Shown piece after piece: positions 31,608 to 41,012 of a DNA stretch of 64,000 bases. A program made the translations under genes and the position numbers. The stretch covers positions 124,001 to 188,000 of IMG/VR virus record IMGVR_UViG_3300042350_004528, one strand, 5' to 3'. The notes under the pieces were generated by a model. It was not told the DNA's origin. It did not search any database and worked only from the letters and a program-made list of their open reading frames with translations. Position 1 is the first letter of the stretch, and each line of letters opens with the position of its first letter.

Positions 31608-34064
31608 CTAACTCAATTTTACGAAAATTTTGTCTTTTTTCGAATCATATGTTATGTTAAACGCCCCTTCAGATGGCATACCGTGTTGTAATAGTTCCTC
31701 AGACATGGGATCTTCAACATATTTTTGAATTGTTCGATTCAATTCTCTCGCACCATATTTTCTATCATAACCAAGCTCAGCTAACTTTTCTTTCGCTTGT
31801 GTTGTTATTTTAAAAGTGTAATTTGACTCAAACAATCTTTCGGATAAATCATCCAATTGAATATCAATTATCTTTAAAATATCATCTTTACTCAAGTAAT
31901 TAAAATAAACTAATTCATCAAGACGATTTAAAAACTCTGGTTTAAAAAATTTACGAAGACTTTTTTCGATAATATCTTGGGCAGATTTTGTTGGATCTTC
32001 ATCAGTCGAAAAGCCAATTTTTGTACCAAAATCTTGTACATCTTTTAAACCAATATTTGACGTCATAATAATAATGGTATTTTTGAAATTAATTTTTCTA
32101 CCACTACCATCTGTTAAATGACCTTCATCCAATAATTGTAATAAAACGTTAAAGATATCTGGATGAGCCTTTTCAATTTCATCAAAAAGTATGAGCGAAT
32201 ATGGTTTATTCTTAACTTTTTCAGTTAACTGTCCGCCTTCATTGTATCCAATATATCCTGGAGGCGCACCAATTAATTTTGAAATGTTAAATTTTTCACC
32301 ATACTCTGACATGTCAACTCTAATCATAGCATCCTGGCTACCAAAAACTTTTTCAGCTAACATTTTTGCTAACTCTGTTTTACCAACACCCGTTGGGCCA
32401 ATGAATAAAAATGAACCAATTGGTTTATTTTGTTTTCTAATACCAGTGCGATTTCTTTTTATTGCAGATGAAATTTTTTGAATCGCTTCATTTTGGCCAA
32501 TAATTGTGTTAGACAATTCAGTATCTATCGTTAACAATTTTTTAATCTCGTTTTGTGAAATTTTTGTAATTGGTATCCCAGTCATAAGCGAAACAACCTC
32601 ACAAACCATTTCATCATTAACAACCATTCTTTTATTGTCGATATTTTCTTTCCAAATTCGAGTTTCTTTTTCTAACTCAGCTGTTGTTTTCTTTTCTAAA
32701 TCCCTCAAATCAGCGGCCAGTTCAAACTTTTGGCTTTTAACAACTTCTTGTTTTCTTTTTTTAATTTCCTTTATCTCGTTTTCGAGTTCTTTAATTTTTT
32801 GTGGGGCTTTAATACTAACTTGTGTTCGAGAGCCAGCTTCATCCATTATGTCAATTGCTTTATCTGGAAATTCTCGATTTGTGATATATCGATCAGCTAA
32901 TCTAATAATCTCGTTGATCGCATCATCGGTATACTCAACTTTATGAAAATCTTCGTACTTTTCACGAATATTCATTAAAATATCCTTTGTTTGTTCAAGT
33001 GTTGGTGGGTTCACCATTACTTTTTGAAAACGTCTATCCAAAGCACCATCCTTTTCAATATGCTCACGATATTCATCCAAAGTTGTAGCACCAATACATT
33101 GCACCTCACCACGAGCCAAAGCTGGTTTAAATACATTAGCGGCGTCTAACGCACCAGATGAATTTCCAGCACCAACAAGGGTGTGTAATTCATCCACAAA
33201 AAGAATGATGTTTGGGTTATCTCTAACTTCCTCAAGCAAAGCTTTAATTCTCTCTTCGAATTGACCGCGATACTTGGTTCCAGCAACCATTGATGTTAAA
33301 TCAAGAGTAACCAATCTTTTATTTTGTAAAGGCCTTGGACATTCATCCATGGCGATTTTAATCGCAAGACCTTCAGCGATTGCTGTTTTACCAACACCAG
33401 GGTCGCCAATTAAAACTGGGTTGTTCTTTTTTCTTCTTGATAAGACTTGAGCAACTCTTTCTACCTCACTATCTCTCCCAATAACAGGATCTAATTTACC
33501 CTCATTGGCTAAAGCGGTTAAATCCCGACTAAAATTATCTAAAATTGGCGTTCTAGATTTGTTTTTAGATGGTGCATTTTCACTTTGGGAACTTTTTTTA
33601 TTTTGATCTTCCTCGCTAAAATAGTTTGACGAAACATTTAATTGCTTTAAACGTCTTTGTATAAATGTTTTTGTGACACCATAATCTTTAATTATTTTAA
33701 TTACGGCAATATCTATATCAAATGAAGTTGTAAAAAATAACTCTGGTGTGATAAACTCATCCTTTTTTTTATTTTTAATACAAAGTTTAATCACTTCTTG
33801 AAGCTCTGGCTCAAAAGTTAAAATTGATTCTGAATTTATATTATCATCGTTTTCCGACTGTTGTTTGTTTATATTTTGAATATCCTGAACAAGCAGATCG
33901 AAATCTTTGATTTTATTTTTCAAAATCTCGTTTATAATATTATCTGATATGATTATTCCATATAATACATGCTCTATTCTTAACTTAGTATCTCTGTAAT
34001 TAACCGCACTTTCCCTACCAATCGCAAAAGCTTGTCGCAACTCATTTGTCATTTTATCATTCAT
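31608..34064 (-). CDS. clpC: ATP-dependent Clp protease ATPase subunit (ClpC-like)
   Basis: Clp N domain, LDPVIGR, GDPGVGKT, AGTKYRGQFEER, UVR-type coiled coil (FELAADLRD), second NBD GPTGVGKTE, GYNEGGQLTE, GARELNR. Confidence 0.93.
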   Translation of the reverse strand: MNDKMTNELRQAFAIGRESAVNYRDTKLRIEHVLYGIIISDNIINEILKNKIKDFDLLVQDIQNINKQQSENDDNINSESILTFEPELQEVIKLCIKNKKKDEFITPELFFTTSFDIDIAVIKIIKDYGVTKTFIQRRLKQLNVSSNYFSEEDQNKKSSQSENAPSKNKSRTPILDNFSRDLTALANEGKLDPVIGRDSEVERVAQVLSRRKKNNPVLIGDPGVGKTAIAEGLAIKIAMDECPRPLQNKRLVTLDLTSMVAGTKYRGQFEERIKALLEEVRDNPNIILFVDELHTLVGAGNSSGALDAANVFKPALARGEVQCIGATTLDEYREHIEKDGALDRRFQKVMVNPPTLEQTKDILMNIREKYEDFHKVEYTDDAINEIIRLADRYITNREFPDKAIDIMDEAGSRTQVSIKAPQKIKELENEIKEIKKRKQEVVKSQKFELAADLRDLEKKTTAELEKETRIWKENIDNKRMVVNDEMVCEVVSLMTGIPITKISQNEIKKLLTIDTELSNTIIGQNEAIQKISSAIKRNRTGIRKQNKPIGSFLFIGPTGVGKTELAKMLAEKVFGSQDAMIRVDMSEYGEKFNISKLIGAPPGYIGYNEGGQLTEKVKNKPYSLILFDEIEKAHPDIFNVLLQLLDEGHLTDGSGRKINFKNTIIIMTSNIGLKDVQDFGTKIGFSTDEDPTKSAQDIIEKSLRKFFKPEFLNRLDELVYFNYLSKDDILKIIDIQLDDLSERLFESNYTFKITTQAKEKLAELGYDRKYGARELNRTIQKYVEDPMSEELLQHGMPSEGAFNITYDSKKDKIFVKLS

Positions 34065-34086
34065 AATCTTACTGTAATTTTTTTTG

Positions 34087-34117
34087 CAAATCTAAGCAAA
34101 ATCTTGACACAATGCAA
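34087..34117 (-). promoter_or_regulatory. Bacteroidota-type promoter of clpC
   Basis: Minus strand TTG-N20-TAGATTTG, 22 nt upstream of the ATG. Confidence 0.65.
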
Positions 34118-34150
34118 CTTTTTACCTAAATTTATCAAAAATAAATATCC

Positions 34151-34369
34151 ATGGATACAATTATAATAAATTTAACCAACGGATCGGTAAAAACGTATAC
34201 CGATATCTACAATACTATTATAAGTGGTAATCATTTGATTATAACCACAAAAACCACGGTTAAAAGCGAAGGTAATCATTTTGTTCTCACAGCAAATGAT
34301 GTTTTTGACCTAAAAAATATTATAAATTACACAACAAAGATAAAAACAATAAAATATGGTGAAGAGTAA
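34151..34369 (+). CDS. Hypothetical protein
   Basis: 72-aa ORF overlapping the next gene. Confidence 0.6.
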   Translation: MDTIIINLTNGSVKTYTDIYNTIISGNHLIITTKTTVKSEGNHFVLTANDVFDLKNIINYTTKIKTIKYGEE

Positions 34370-34595
34370 AAAATACGAAGGAACTAAAGTTATCTGTGAA
34401 TATGATAGTTCAAATTTAAGACAAGTATCTTACGATACAACGACAAAAAAATTAAACGTTACTTTCAACAACGGGGCAATCTATGAATATGATGATGTTC
34501 CTCATGAAACATTTGCTGGATTAAATCTTGCTGAAAGTCAGGGTAAATTTTTTAACCAAAATATATCTAAAAGTTTTACGTACAAAAAAATATAA
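34356..34595 (+). CDS. KTSC-domain protein
   Basis: SSNLRQVSYD...LNVTFNNGAIYEYDDVP...AESQGKFFNQNI. Confidence 0.9.
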   Translation: MVKSKKYEGTKVICEYDSSNLRQVSYDTTTKKLNVTFNNGAIYEYDDVPHETFAGLNLAESQGKFFNQNISKSFTYKKI

Positions 34596-34639
34596 TCGAA
34601 TTATTTGATATTTATCTTTAAGTAAAACTATACAAATAA

Positions 34640-36325
34640 ATGTCGGTTATAAAAAATAGTAATATTGAGGAAAATAATTCATTAACAAAAAATTATTTAA
34701 CAATTGGGAATAGTGATGTTGCTTATGGGCCAACTCAAGCAACAGGATTTTATAATGGAATAGAGCCGCCAGTTGGTGGTTGGGTTATTTATCGAGCAAA
34801 TTCCGCTGGAAAATTAAACATTTATGTCGCAAACGATAATAACGAACTAGTTCATATAGTTAATAGATTAATGGGTAATTTAACATTATCGTCTTGGGAA
34901 TTATGTTTAGAATGGCTATCAACCCAAAGCGACTATTTTGTGATTAATAAAATAATACCAGACATTACAACTGATAATTTACAAGTTTATATTGATGCGG
35001 GTATGTCGGAAAGTTACCCAAATACTGGTTCTAGTTGGTATAACCTATCATTAGACCAAAATCATGGTACATTGGTTAATGCACCAACGCATACAAATAC
35101 GGAGCCCGAGTGTTTTACTTTTTCAGATGCATCATATGAACATGCAACAATACCAAATATTGGGGATTTAAACATATGGACGATTGAAGCCTGGTTTAAA
35201 TTAAACTCGAGTTTAAATTCTAAAGTTACATCAATAGTATGTAACCAATACAATTTAATTGATAGGTTAAATTTTAGTTTAGGTACAAATAACGCTCCAA
35301 ACACATATAAATTATGTGTTGGATTTTTCGATGTAAATGGTTGGCACAACACAACTGGTTTCGATCCGCTTATTAATACGTGGTACCACGTAGTTGGAAC
35401 ATATGATGGTACAACAATTCGACAATATGTAAATGGCGTTGCAACTGGTGGTACCCTTTCGTATACTGGCATACCTGGTTCTGGTGGTGACGTAAGAATG
35501 ATGAGACGATGGGACAGTAGTGCTAGTAGCGACACAAACTACGTTAATGGTGACTTAGCGATTGTTAGAATATATTATGGTGCACTTACCGACAATCAAA
35601 TTTTAAATAATTATAATGCGGAAAAAGATAGGTTTATACAAAACGATATTGTACAAGATTCACTATTTATGAAACTAGACGCATCAACATATAGTTCAGG
35701 TTTATGGTTAGATTCGACACCCAACAACAATGATGCAACAATAAACGGGGCAACCTGGAGTTCAACGGATGGTGGCATTTTTGACTTTGATGGTAGTAAT
35801 GATACCATTAGCATACCACATACATCGGAACTTAGTTTAAATACATCCACACAAAAAACAATACAAGTATGGGTTAAATTTGATTCGTTGGCCTCTTTAA
35901 ATGCTCAAGTACCTGTTTTTGGAAAACTATCCTCCTCTTTTGGTTTTGACGGTTATTGGGGTGGCTTGTATTCAAACGCGGGTGAATTAAGGGTAACTAC
36001 AAATGGAACGGGTATTCAAAAAATAAGCACGTCACCAATTATAGTAACAACAAATACCTGGTATTTGTTAACATTTATTTCACAAATTACCAACACTAGT
36101 GGGACAACTAAATTATACGTAAATGACACCGAATATATATCAACCCAACATGGCACAGATACTTACAACGAAACAAATACATTATATTTAGGCTACATCG
36201 GTAATGGTGTTGGGTCAAATTATTTAAATGGTAAAATCGGCGCATGTTATTTTTACACAAAAGGTTTAAATTCATCCGAAATCGCACAAAATTTTAATGC
36301 AACCAAAGGTCGATATGGTTTGTGA
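34640..36325 (+). CDS. Virion protein with two LamG/concanavalin-A-like domains
   Basis: Tandem WTIEAWFK...WYHVVGTYDG...YVNG and IQVWVK...WYLLTF...LYVN...NFNATKGRYG. TATTTAT at 34609-34615. Confidence 0.8.
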   Translation: MSVIKNSNIEENNSLTKNYLTIGNSDVAYGPTQATGFYNGIEPPVGGWVIYRANSAGKLNIYVANDNNELVHIVNRLMGNLTLSSWELCLEWLSTQSDYFVINKIIPDITTDNLQVYIDAGMSESYPNTGSSWYNLSLDQNHGTLVNAPTHTNTEPECFTFSDASYEHATIPNIGDLNIWTIEAWFKLNSSLNSKVTSIVCNQYNLIDRLNFSLGTNNAPNTYKLCVGFFDVNGWHNTTGFDPLINTWYHVVGTYDGTTIRQYVNGVATGGTLSYTGIPGSGGDVRMMRRWDSSASSDTNYVNGDLAIVRIYYGALTDNQILNNYNAEKDRFIQNDIVQDSLFMKLDASTYSSGLWLDSTPNNNDATINGATWSSTDGGIFDFDGSNDTISIPHTSELSLNTSTQKTIQVWVKFDSLASLNAQVPVFGKLSSSFGFDGYWGGLYSNAGELRVTTNGTGIQKISTSPIIVTTNTWYLLTFISQITNTSGTTKLYVNDTEYISTQHGTDTYNETNTLYLGYIGNGVGSNYLNGKIGACYFYTKGLNSSEIAQNFNATKGRYGL

Positions 36326-36373
36326 CCATAAAATGCATTTGATTTTTTTATCTTTTTTGTCTATTATTGTGGT

Positions 36374-37411
36374 ATGAACAATTTAGATAGACAATATCAA
36401 CAATTACTCAAGGATATACTTGAATATGGTGTTGAAAAAAAGGATAGGACTGGTACTGGAACCAAAAGTATTTTTGGTTACACAATTCGTCACAACATGA
36501 GTGAGGGTTTTCCTTTACTCACAACCAAGAAAATGCACTGGAAATCAATTGTAACTGAGTTACTTTGGTTTTTAAGAGGTGATACCAACATAAAATACCT
36601 TGTTGATAATGGTTGTCATATTTGGGATGGTGATGCTTATAAAAATTATTGTAAACACTTTGCGGGTCATGAAGATATTCCTAATAAAGATTGGTTTATC
36701 GATCAAATAAAAAATAGTTCAGATTTTGCCGAAAGGTTTGGTAATTTAGGCCCAATTTATGGGGCACAATGGAGAAAGTACAGAAATATAACACCACATA
36801 GTTATCTTCCTAGTGTTTATAATGAAACATATATAGACCAAATCCAAAACCTAATCTGTGACCTTAAAACAAACCCAGACTCGAGAAGATTAATGGTTAA
36901 TGCGTGGAATGTGGGTGAATTAGACCAGATGGTTCTTCCACCTTGTCATTATGGATTTCAAGTTTATACTAGAGAGTTGAGTTATTCTGAACGGTATCAA
37001 TATTGGTTTAATAAAAACTATGAAACTGGGATGGAATACAATGAGGATACGGTACCAGATTTTGAAAACACTTACTACGATAAAACCCCAACAAGAGCGC
37101 TTTCATTGATGTGGAATCAACGTTCGGTGGACACTTTCCTTGGTTTACCGTTTAATATTGCGTCTTACGGTTTGTTACTTATGATGATTGCTGACGAGGT
37201 GGGTATGTTACCAGATCAATTAATTGGTAATCTTGGTGACACACACATATACTTAAACCACATTGAGCAAGCCAAAGAACAAATTACCAGAGAACCATAC
37301 AAACTACCAAGGGTATATGTTCGTGATGGTATTGAATCTTATATGCCAGATGATATCGTTTTAGATAATTATCAATCACACCCAAAAATTAAAGCGCCAT
37401 TAAGTAATTAA
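36374..37411 (+). CDS. thyA: Thymidylate synthase
   Basis: DRTGTGT, FPLLTTKK, ELLWFL, LGPIYGAQWR, LPPCH, QRSVDTFLGLPFNIASY, DTHIYLNH. Uninterrupted. Confidence 0.97.
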   Translation: MNNLDRQYQQLLKDILEYGVEKKDRTGTGTKSIFGYTIRHNMSEGFPLLTTKKMHWKSIVTELLWFLRGDTNIKYLVDNGCHIWDGDAYKNYCKHFAGHEDIPNKDWFIDQIKNSSDFAERFGNLGPIYGAQWRKYRNITPHSYLPSVYNETYIDQIQNLICDLKTNPDSRRLMVNAWNVGELDQMVLPPCHYGFQVYTRELSYSERYQYWFNKNYETGMEYNEDTVPDFENTYYDKTPTRALSLMWNQRSVDTFLGLPFNIASYGLLLMMIADEVGMLPDQLIGNLGDTHIYLNHIEQAKEQITREPYKLPRVYVRDGIESYMPDDIVLDNYQSHPKIKAPLSN

Positions 37412-37639
37412 ATGAAAAAATTTTTACTACCGATAAAAAAATTATTTGCCCCAAAAATTATTTGCCCATTAAGTTGGTCTTGCCATGATTTTGAAAAAGG
37501 AAAAAAATGGGCTAAATCAAGATTACACCCAGATTACAATAATAAAACCATATGGGATATAGTCTATTCTCCTAGAAAAGAAAGTATTGATATTATTCAT
37601 GAAATAAACAAATTTATAGAAATGGAAAATAGTTTATGA
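37412..37639 (+). CDS. Hypothetical protein
   Basis: Starts immediately after the thyA stop and overlaps the next gene (ATGA). Confidence 0.6.
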   Translation: MKKFLLPIKKLFAPKIICPLSWSCHDFEKGKKWAKSRLHPDYNNKTIWDIVYSPRKESIDIIHEINKFIEMENSL

Positions 37640-38007
37640 AAAAACCAGATAATGTTGCTGATAATCCAGGGTTATTACCTTACGCTTCAAATGTTGGAGC
37701 CCCAGCTATAAAAGTTGAAGATATTTCTTTATGGAAATCAGCTAATGTTTTAAAAGTAAATAAACAATTTGAAGCCAAATTTAACGAATTAAAACTTGAG
37801 TATAAAAAATTGGTTGAAGAATACAAATGGAATGAATTAATCTACAACGCAAAGTTTGCGTTTGAGCCAATAATTGGGCATACATACCATTTGTACATCG
37901 GTAAAGATGGTAACGTTTTCTTATCAATCGTTAACCCCACAGAATGGTCATATGAGTGTTTGGGTAGTTTTACGTTGGATTCAAATAATAAATGGAATAA
38001 AATATAA
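37636..38007 (+). CDS. DUF2452-like protein
   Basis: LLPYASNVGAP...YNAKFAFEPIIGHTYHLY...LSIVNPTEW. Confidence 0.65.
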   Translation: MKKPDNVADNPGLLPYASNVGAPAIKVEDISLWKSANVLKVNKQFEAKFNELKLEYKKLVEEYKWNELIYNAKFAFEPIIGHTYHLYIGKDGNVFLSIVNPTEWSYECLGSFTLDSNNKWNKI

Positions 38008-38018
38008 AAATTTAATTT

Positions 38019-38156
38019 ATGAGCATACAAATATACACAGTCGCATATCAAGTATACCTGTTACCTTATATTAAAATAACTCATGACATAACTTTAAATG
38101 GTAGTTATGAGGTGATAATCGGTTGGTTCAATAAAGAATTGGTTATAGCTTTTTAA
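38019..38156 (+). CDS. Small protein not in ORF track (45 aa, MSIQIYTVAYQVYLLPYIKITHD...)
   Basis: ATG 38019 to TAA 38156, filling the gap between genes. Confidence 0.55.
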   Translation: MSIQIYTVAYQVYLLPYIKITHDITLNGSYEVIIGWFNKELVIAF

Positions 38157-38189
38157 ATAAAGTAATCTATTTATAATTAAATAAGATTT

Positions 38190-38603
38190 ATGACTAAACC
38201 TACAAAGGTAACTGTAATTGGTGAGGGTTACAATATAAGCGCAAACAACTACCCGAGTACATATATGAGTGGAGATCCAGTAGTGTATATTGGTTCTAAC
38301 TCAGGTGATGTCGATGTCGTTGGCTCCTTTCAAGATAATAATTTACCAGATTGTTTATTTCAATTTGAGTTTAATAATCCTTGGATTGGTTCGCCTTGGG
38401 CCGCTGTTGGTAACGCAATAGATGATAGTGGTTGGGATAACGATAGAACCGACATGGATGTTAATGATGTTAAAGTTTTTCATTTACAATTTTATGATGG
38501 TGGGGATGATGGGGAATATAATGATTTTTACGTTAAAGTGACTCGCAATGATGATACTGATACTAAAAATTTTACAATGGAATTGGGTTATTGGCCAAAT
38601 TAA
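38190..38603 (+). CDS. Hypothetical acidic beta-rich protein
   Basis: 137 aa, FNNPWIGSP motif. TATTTAT at 38168-38174. Confidence 0.7.
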   Translation: MTKPTKVTVIGEGYNISANNYPSTYMSGDPVVYIGSNSGDVDVVGSFQDNNLPDCLFQFEFNNPWIGSPWAAVGNAIDDSGWDNDRTDMDVNDVKVFHLQFYDGGDDGEYNDFYVKVTRNDDTDTKNFTMELGYWPN

Positions 38604-38605
38604 TT

Positions 38606-38923
38606 ATGAAATTATTTGATGTAATATTAGAAGCTAAAGACAGTTTGATGGATTTTGCAAAAACCAGAGGTGCTGGTGCGGCTAAAATTTCAGATACAGC
38701 AAGAGAAAAAGGTGGTTTAGCCTTGTTAACTTGGCACCATTTTAAAGTTAAATTACCTTATTATAAAAAAGCTACTGAGGGTAATTTCGATATAGATTCT
38801 GCTAAAAAAGAATTCGATGAAACCTATAAAAAAATATCTTTGGATATGAGTCAAATTGAATTTCAAAGAGAGGTTGGTCGCCTTGAAGTTTTGGGTGAAT
38901 TATTGATTAAAAACTCAAAATAA
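38606..38923 (+). CDS. Hypothetical protein
   Basis: ATG at 38606 (MKLFDVILEAK) preferred. Confidence 0.65.
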   Translation: MKLFDVILEAKDSLMDFAKTRGAGAAKISDTAREKGGLALLTWHHFKVKLPYYKKATEGNFDIDSAKKEFDETYKKISLDMSQIEFQREVGRLEVLGELLIKNSK

Positions 38924-38939
38924 ACTATTTATTAACATA

Positions 38940-39683
38940 ATGGATTCAATAATTAACAGCTTTAAATTACAAGACAACCTAAATAAAGATATTTGGGATA
39001 ATGTCGATTCTGGTGATATTGAAAATGTCAGATTAAAACCAGAAATCAGAAGAAGTTTATTGGAAATCGCAAAAAAATTTGTTGATTCTTTTAATATCGA
39101 AACTTTAGACATTGAGGATGTTTTATTCATTGGTAGTTTAGCTAGTTATAATTGGTCTAATTATTCAGATGTTGATTTGCACGTTGTTTTAGATAAAACA
39201 AAAATAAACGCAGATTCAACTGTATCCGATGAACTTTTTGATGCTAAAAAAGACGTATTTAATAATTTACACGATATAACAATTAAGGGTTACGATGTTG
39301 AATTATATGCACAGGCTTTTGATGAGAAATTAGACTCAGCCAAAGGAATTTATAGTGTACTATACAACAAATGGTTAAGCAAACCAGCAAAAGAAAATTT
39401 TTCTCTGGATAAAGAAACCGTGTTAAATAAAGTGAAAGAATTTAAAAAAACCTTAGAAACCATCTCAAAAATGGAAGATGGTCAAGAAAAGTTGGACAAA
39501 CTCAAAGCATTCAAAGACAAAATAAAAAAATATCGCAAAAGTGGCCTACAATCAGGTGGTGAACTGAGTAATGAAAACCTAGTTTTTAAATACCTTAGAC
39601 GTTCTGGTTTTATTGAAGAACTACTTAAACTAAAGGTAAAGACGCAAGATTCTTTATTATCTGTTGAAAACGCTGAACTTTAA
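38940..39683 (+). CDS. Nucleotidyltransferase (Pol-beta superfamily)
   Basis: GSLASYNWSNYSDVDLH (GS...DxD) and a third acidic residue in DVELY. TATTTAT at 38926-38932. Confidence 0.8.
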   Translation: MDSIINSFKLQDNLNKDIWDNVDSGDIENVRLKPEIRRSLLEIAKKFVDSFNIETLDIEDVLFIGSLASYNWSNYSDVDLHVVLDKTKINADSTVSDELFDAKKDVFNNLHDITIKGYDVELYAQAFDEKLDSAKGIYSVLYNKWLSKPAKENFSLDKETVLNKVKEFKKTLETISKMEDGQEKLDKLKAFKDKIKKYRKSGLQSGGELSNENLVFKYLRRSGFIEELLKLKVKTQDSLLSVENAEL

Positions 39684-39734
39684 TAAAATTGATGATATTT
39701 ATTATAAGAATAATTAACTAAAAATTTTTAGGAT

Positions 39735-40103
39735 ATGAAACCAATCGGTTCGGAAAAAATACAAAACGCAGATGAAAAACTAGCTAGAATTCTAGAAATT
39801 GCTGGCGTTAAAAAAGGATCAATAAATGAATCTAAACCATTGTATGGTAGATTAGCCAACGTTTTACACGAATCAGTTGCTGCTGATGGAACTGAATATG
39901 GCATTGTTCAAGAGGAAAAACACGTTTACATAAAAGTAAGAAAAAACGATAACTACGAATATATCACTGGAGTTGAAAACATCCGTGAACATTCTTATAG
40001 ATCATACGCTGATGCACTTAAACACTTGAACTTGATGTTCAAGCAAATTAATGAAAGTGTGGGGCAAAATGAAAACATTGACGTTTTAAAAAAAAAAGTC
40101 TAG
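39735..40103 (+). CDS. Putative head-associated protein, N-terminal part (possibly frameshift-fused to the next ORF)
   Basis: DEKLARILEIAGV tag-like helix. Ends in TTTA10 slippery run. Confidence 0.7.
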   Translation: MKPIGSEKIQNADEKLARILEIAGVKKGSINESKPLYGRLANVLHESVAADGTEYGIVQEEKHVYIKVRKNDNYEYITGVENIREHSYRSYADALKHLNLMFKQINESVGQNENIDVLKKKV

Positions 40104-40114
40104 ATGAAAAGTAT

Positions 40115-41005
40115 GTGTTAAGGTTAAAAACACCAGCGGCACAACCAACTCAAGATTTTACTGACACAACATTTACGGAGCCATCTGGAGAGACATCAGA
40201 TGGTTCTTCTGTTTCTACCGATCAATCAACAGCTGATTTGGAGGCCGATTTATTAGATACAAATCAAAGTGAACCTGCTGTTGACGGTGCAGAAATGGAT
40301 ACAACCACAACCGACACAACTGTCGCTACTGACGGTACAGAAGCTCCAGCTGAGGGTGGTGAAGAAGATCCTGTAAAATCAATTCAAAAATTAACAGGTA
40401 AATTATCTCAACAGATTCGCGATACACAAGATAAACTCGAACCAGAGGATATTAAATACACATTAAATTCAATTATATCAGCAACCGATATCAATAAATT
40501 AAGTGACGAGGATAAAACTGATATTATGAATAAAATTGAGAATAAAGACCAGGAACCACAAGAAGAGGTTCCGACTGAAACTCCAGCTGAAGAACCAGTA
40601 ACCGAAGGTGAAGATGGTGATTCAGAATCTAATTTTTACGAATCTTTATTATCTGATAAAACAGTTATACATATTTTAGATATGGCTGACTTGAATTACG
40701 AGATGAGAAATAATCCAGAAGAGATTGCATTTGATTTTTGCGAAGCTGCTTATGTTTTTATTCATGATTATAATGATTCAAATGAATTTATTCAAAAACT
40801 AAAAATATTATTAAACGAAAATCAATTTAAGGCGAGACCTAGTTTAAATTCAAAAGATGATCTCGAATATTTTGGTGATAAGATTTATGATGCTTTGGTT
40901 AAACATGAAACCGAACATGGTGGTGAGGTTTTAATGGAACAAAGAATAATTTCAATTCTGGAGAGAGCAAGACAAAACGTAAAGAATAATTTAAATAAAC
41001 AATAA
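40115..41005 (+). CDS. Acidic putative head-associated protein (C-terminal part of possible fusion)
   Basis: The -1 frame is open from 40082. Acidic low-complexity region plus KSIQKLTGKLSQ helical domain. Confidence 0.7.
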   Translation: MLRLKTPAAQPTQDFTDTTFTEPSGETSDGSSVSTDQSTADLEADLLDTNQSEPAVDGAEMDTTTTDTTVATDGTEAPAEGGEEDPVKSIQKLTGKLSQQIRDTQDKLEPEDIKYTLNSIISATDINKLSDEDKTDIMNKIENKDQEPQEEVPTETPAEEPVTEGEDGDSESNFYESLLSDKTVIHILDMADLNYEMRNNPEEIAFDFCEAAYVFIHDYNDSNEFIQKLKILLNENQFKARPSLNSKDDLEYFGDKIYDALVKHETEHGGEVLMEQRIISILERARQNVKNNLNKQ

Positions 41006-41012
41006 GTTAAAC

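Noticed and set aside
36374-37411. Group I intron or intein in thyA or the head genes
   Set aside because: Reading frames are continuous and of normal length.
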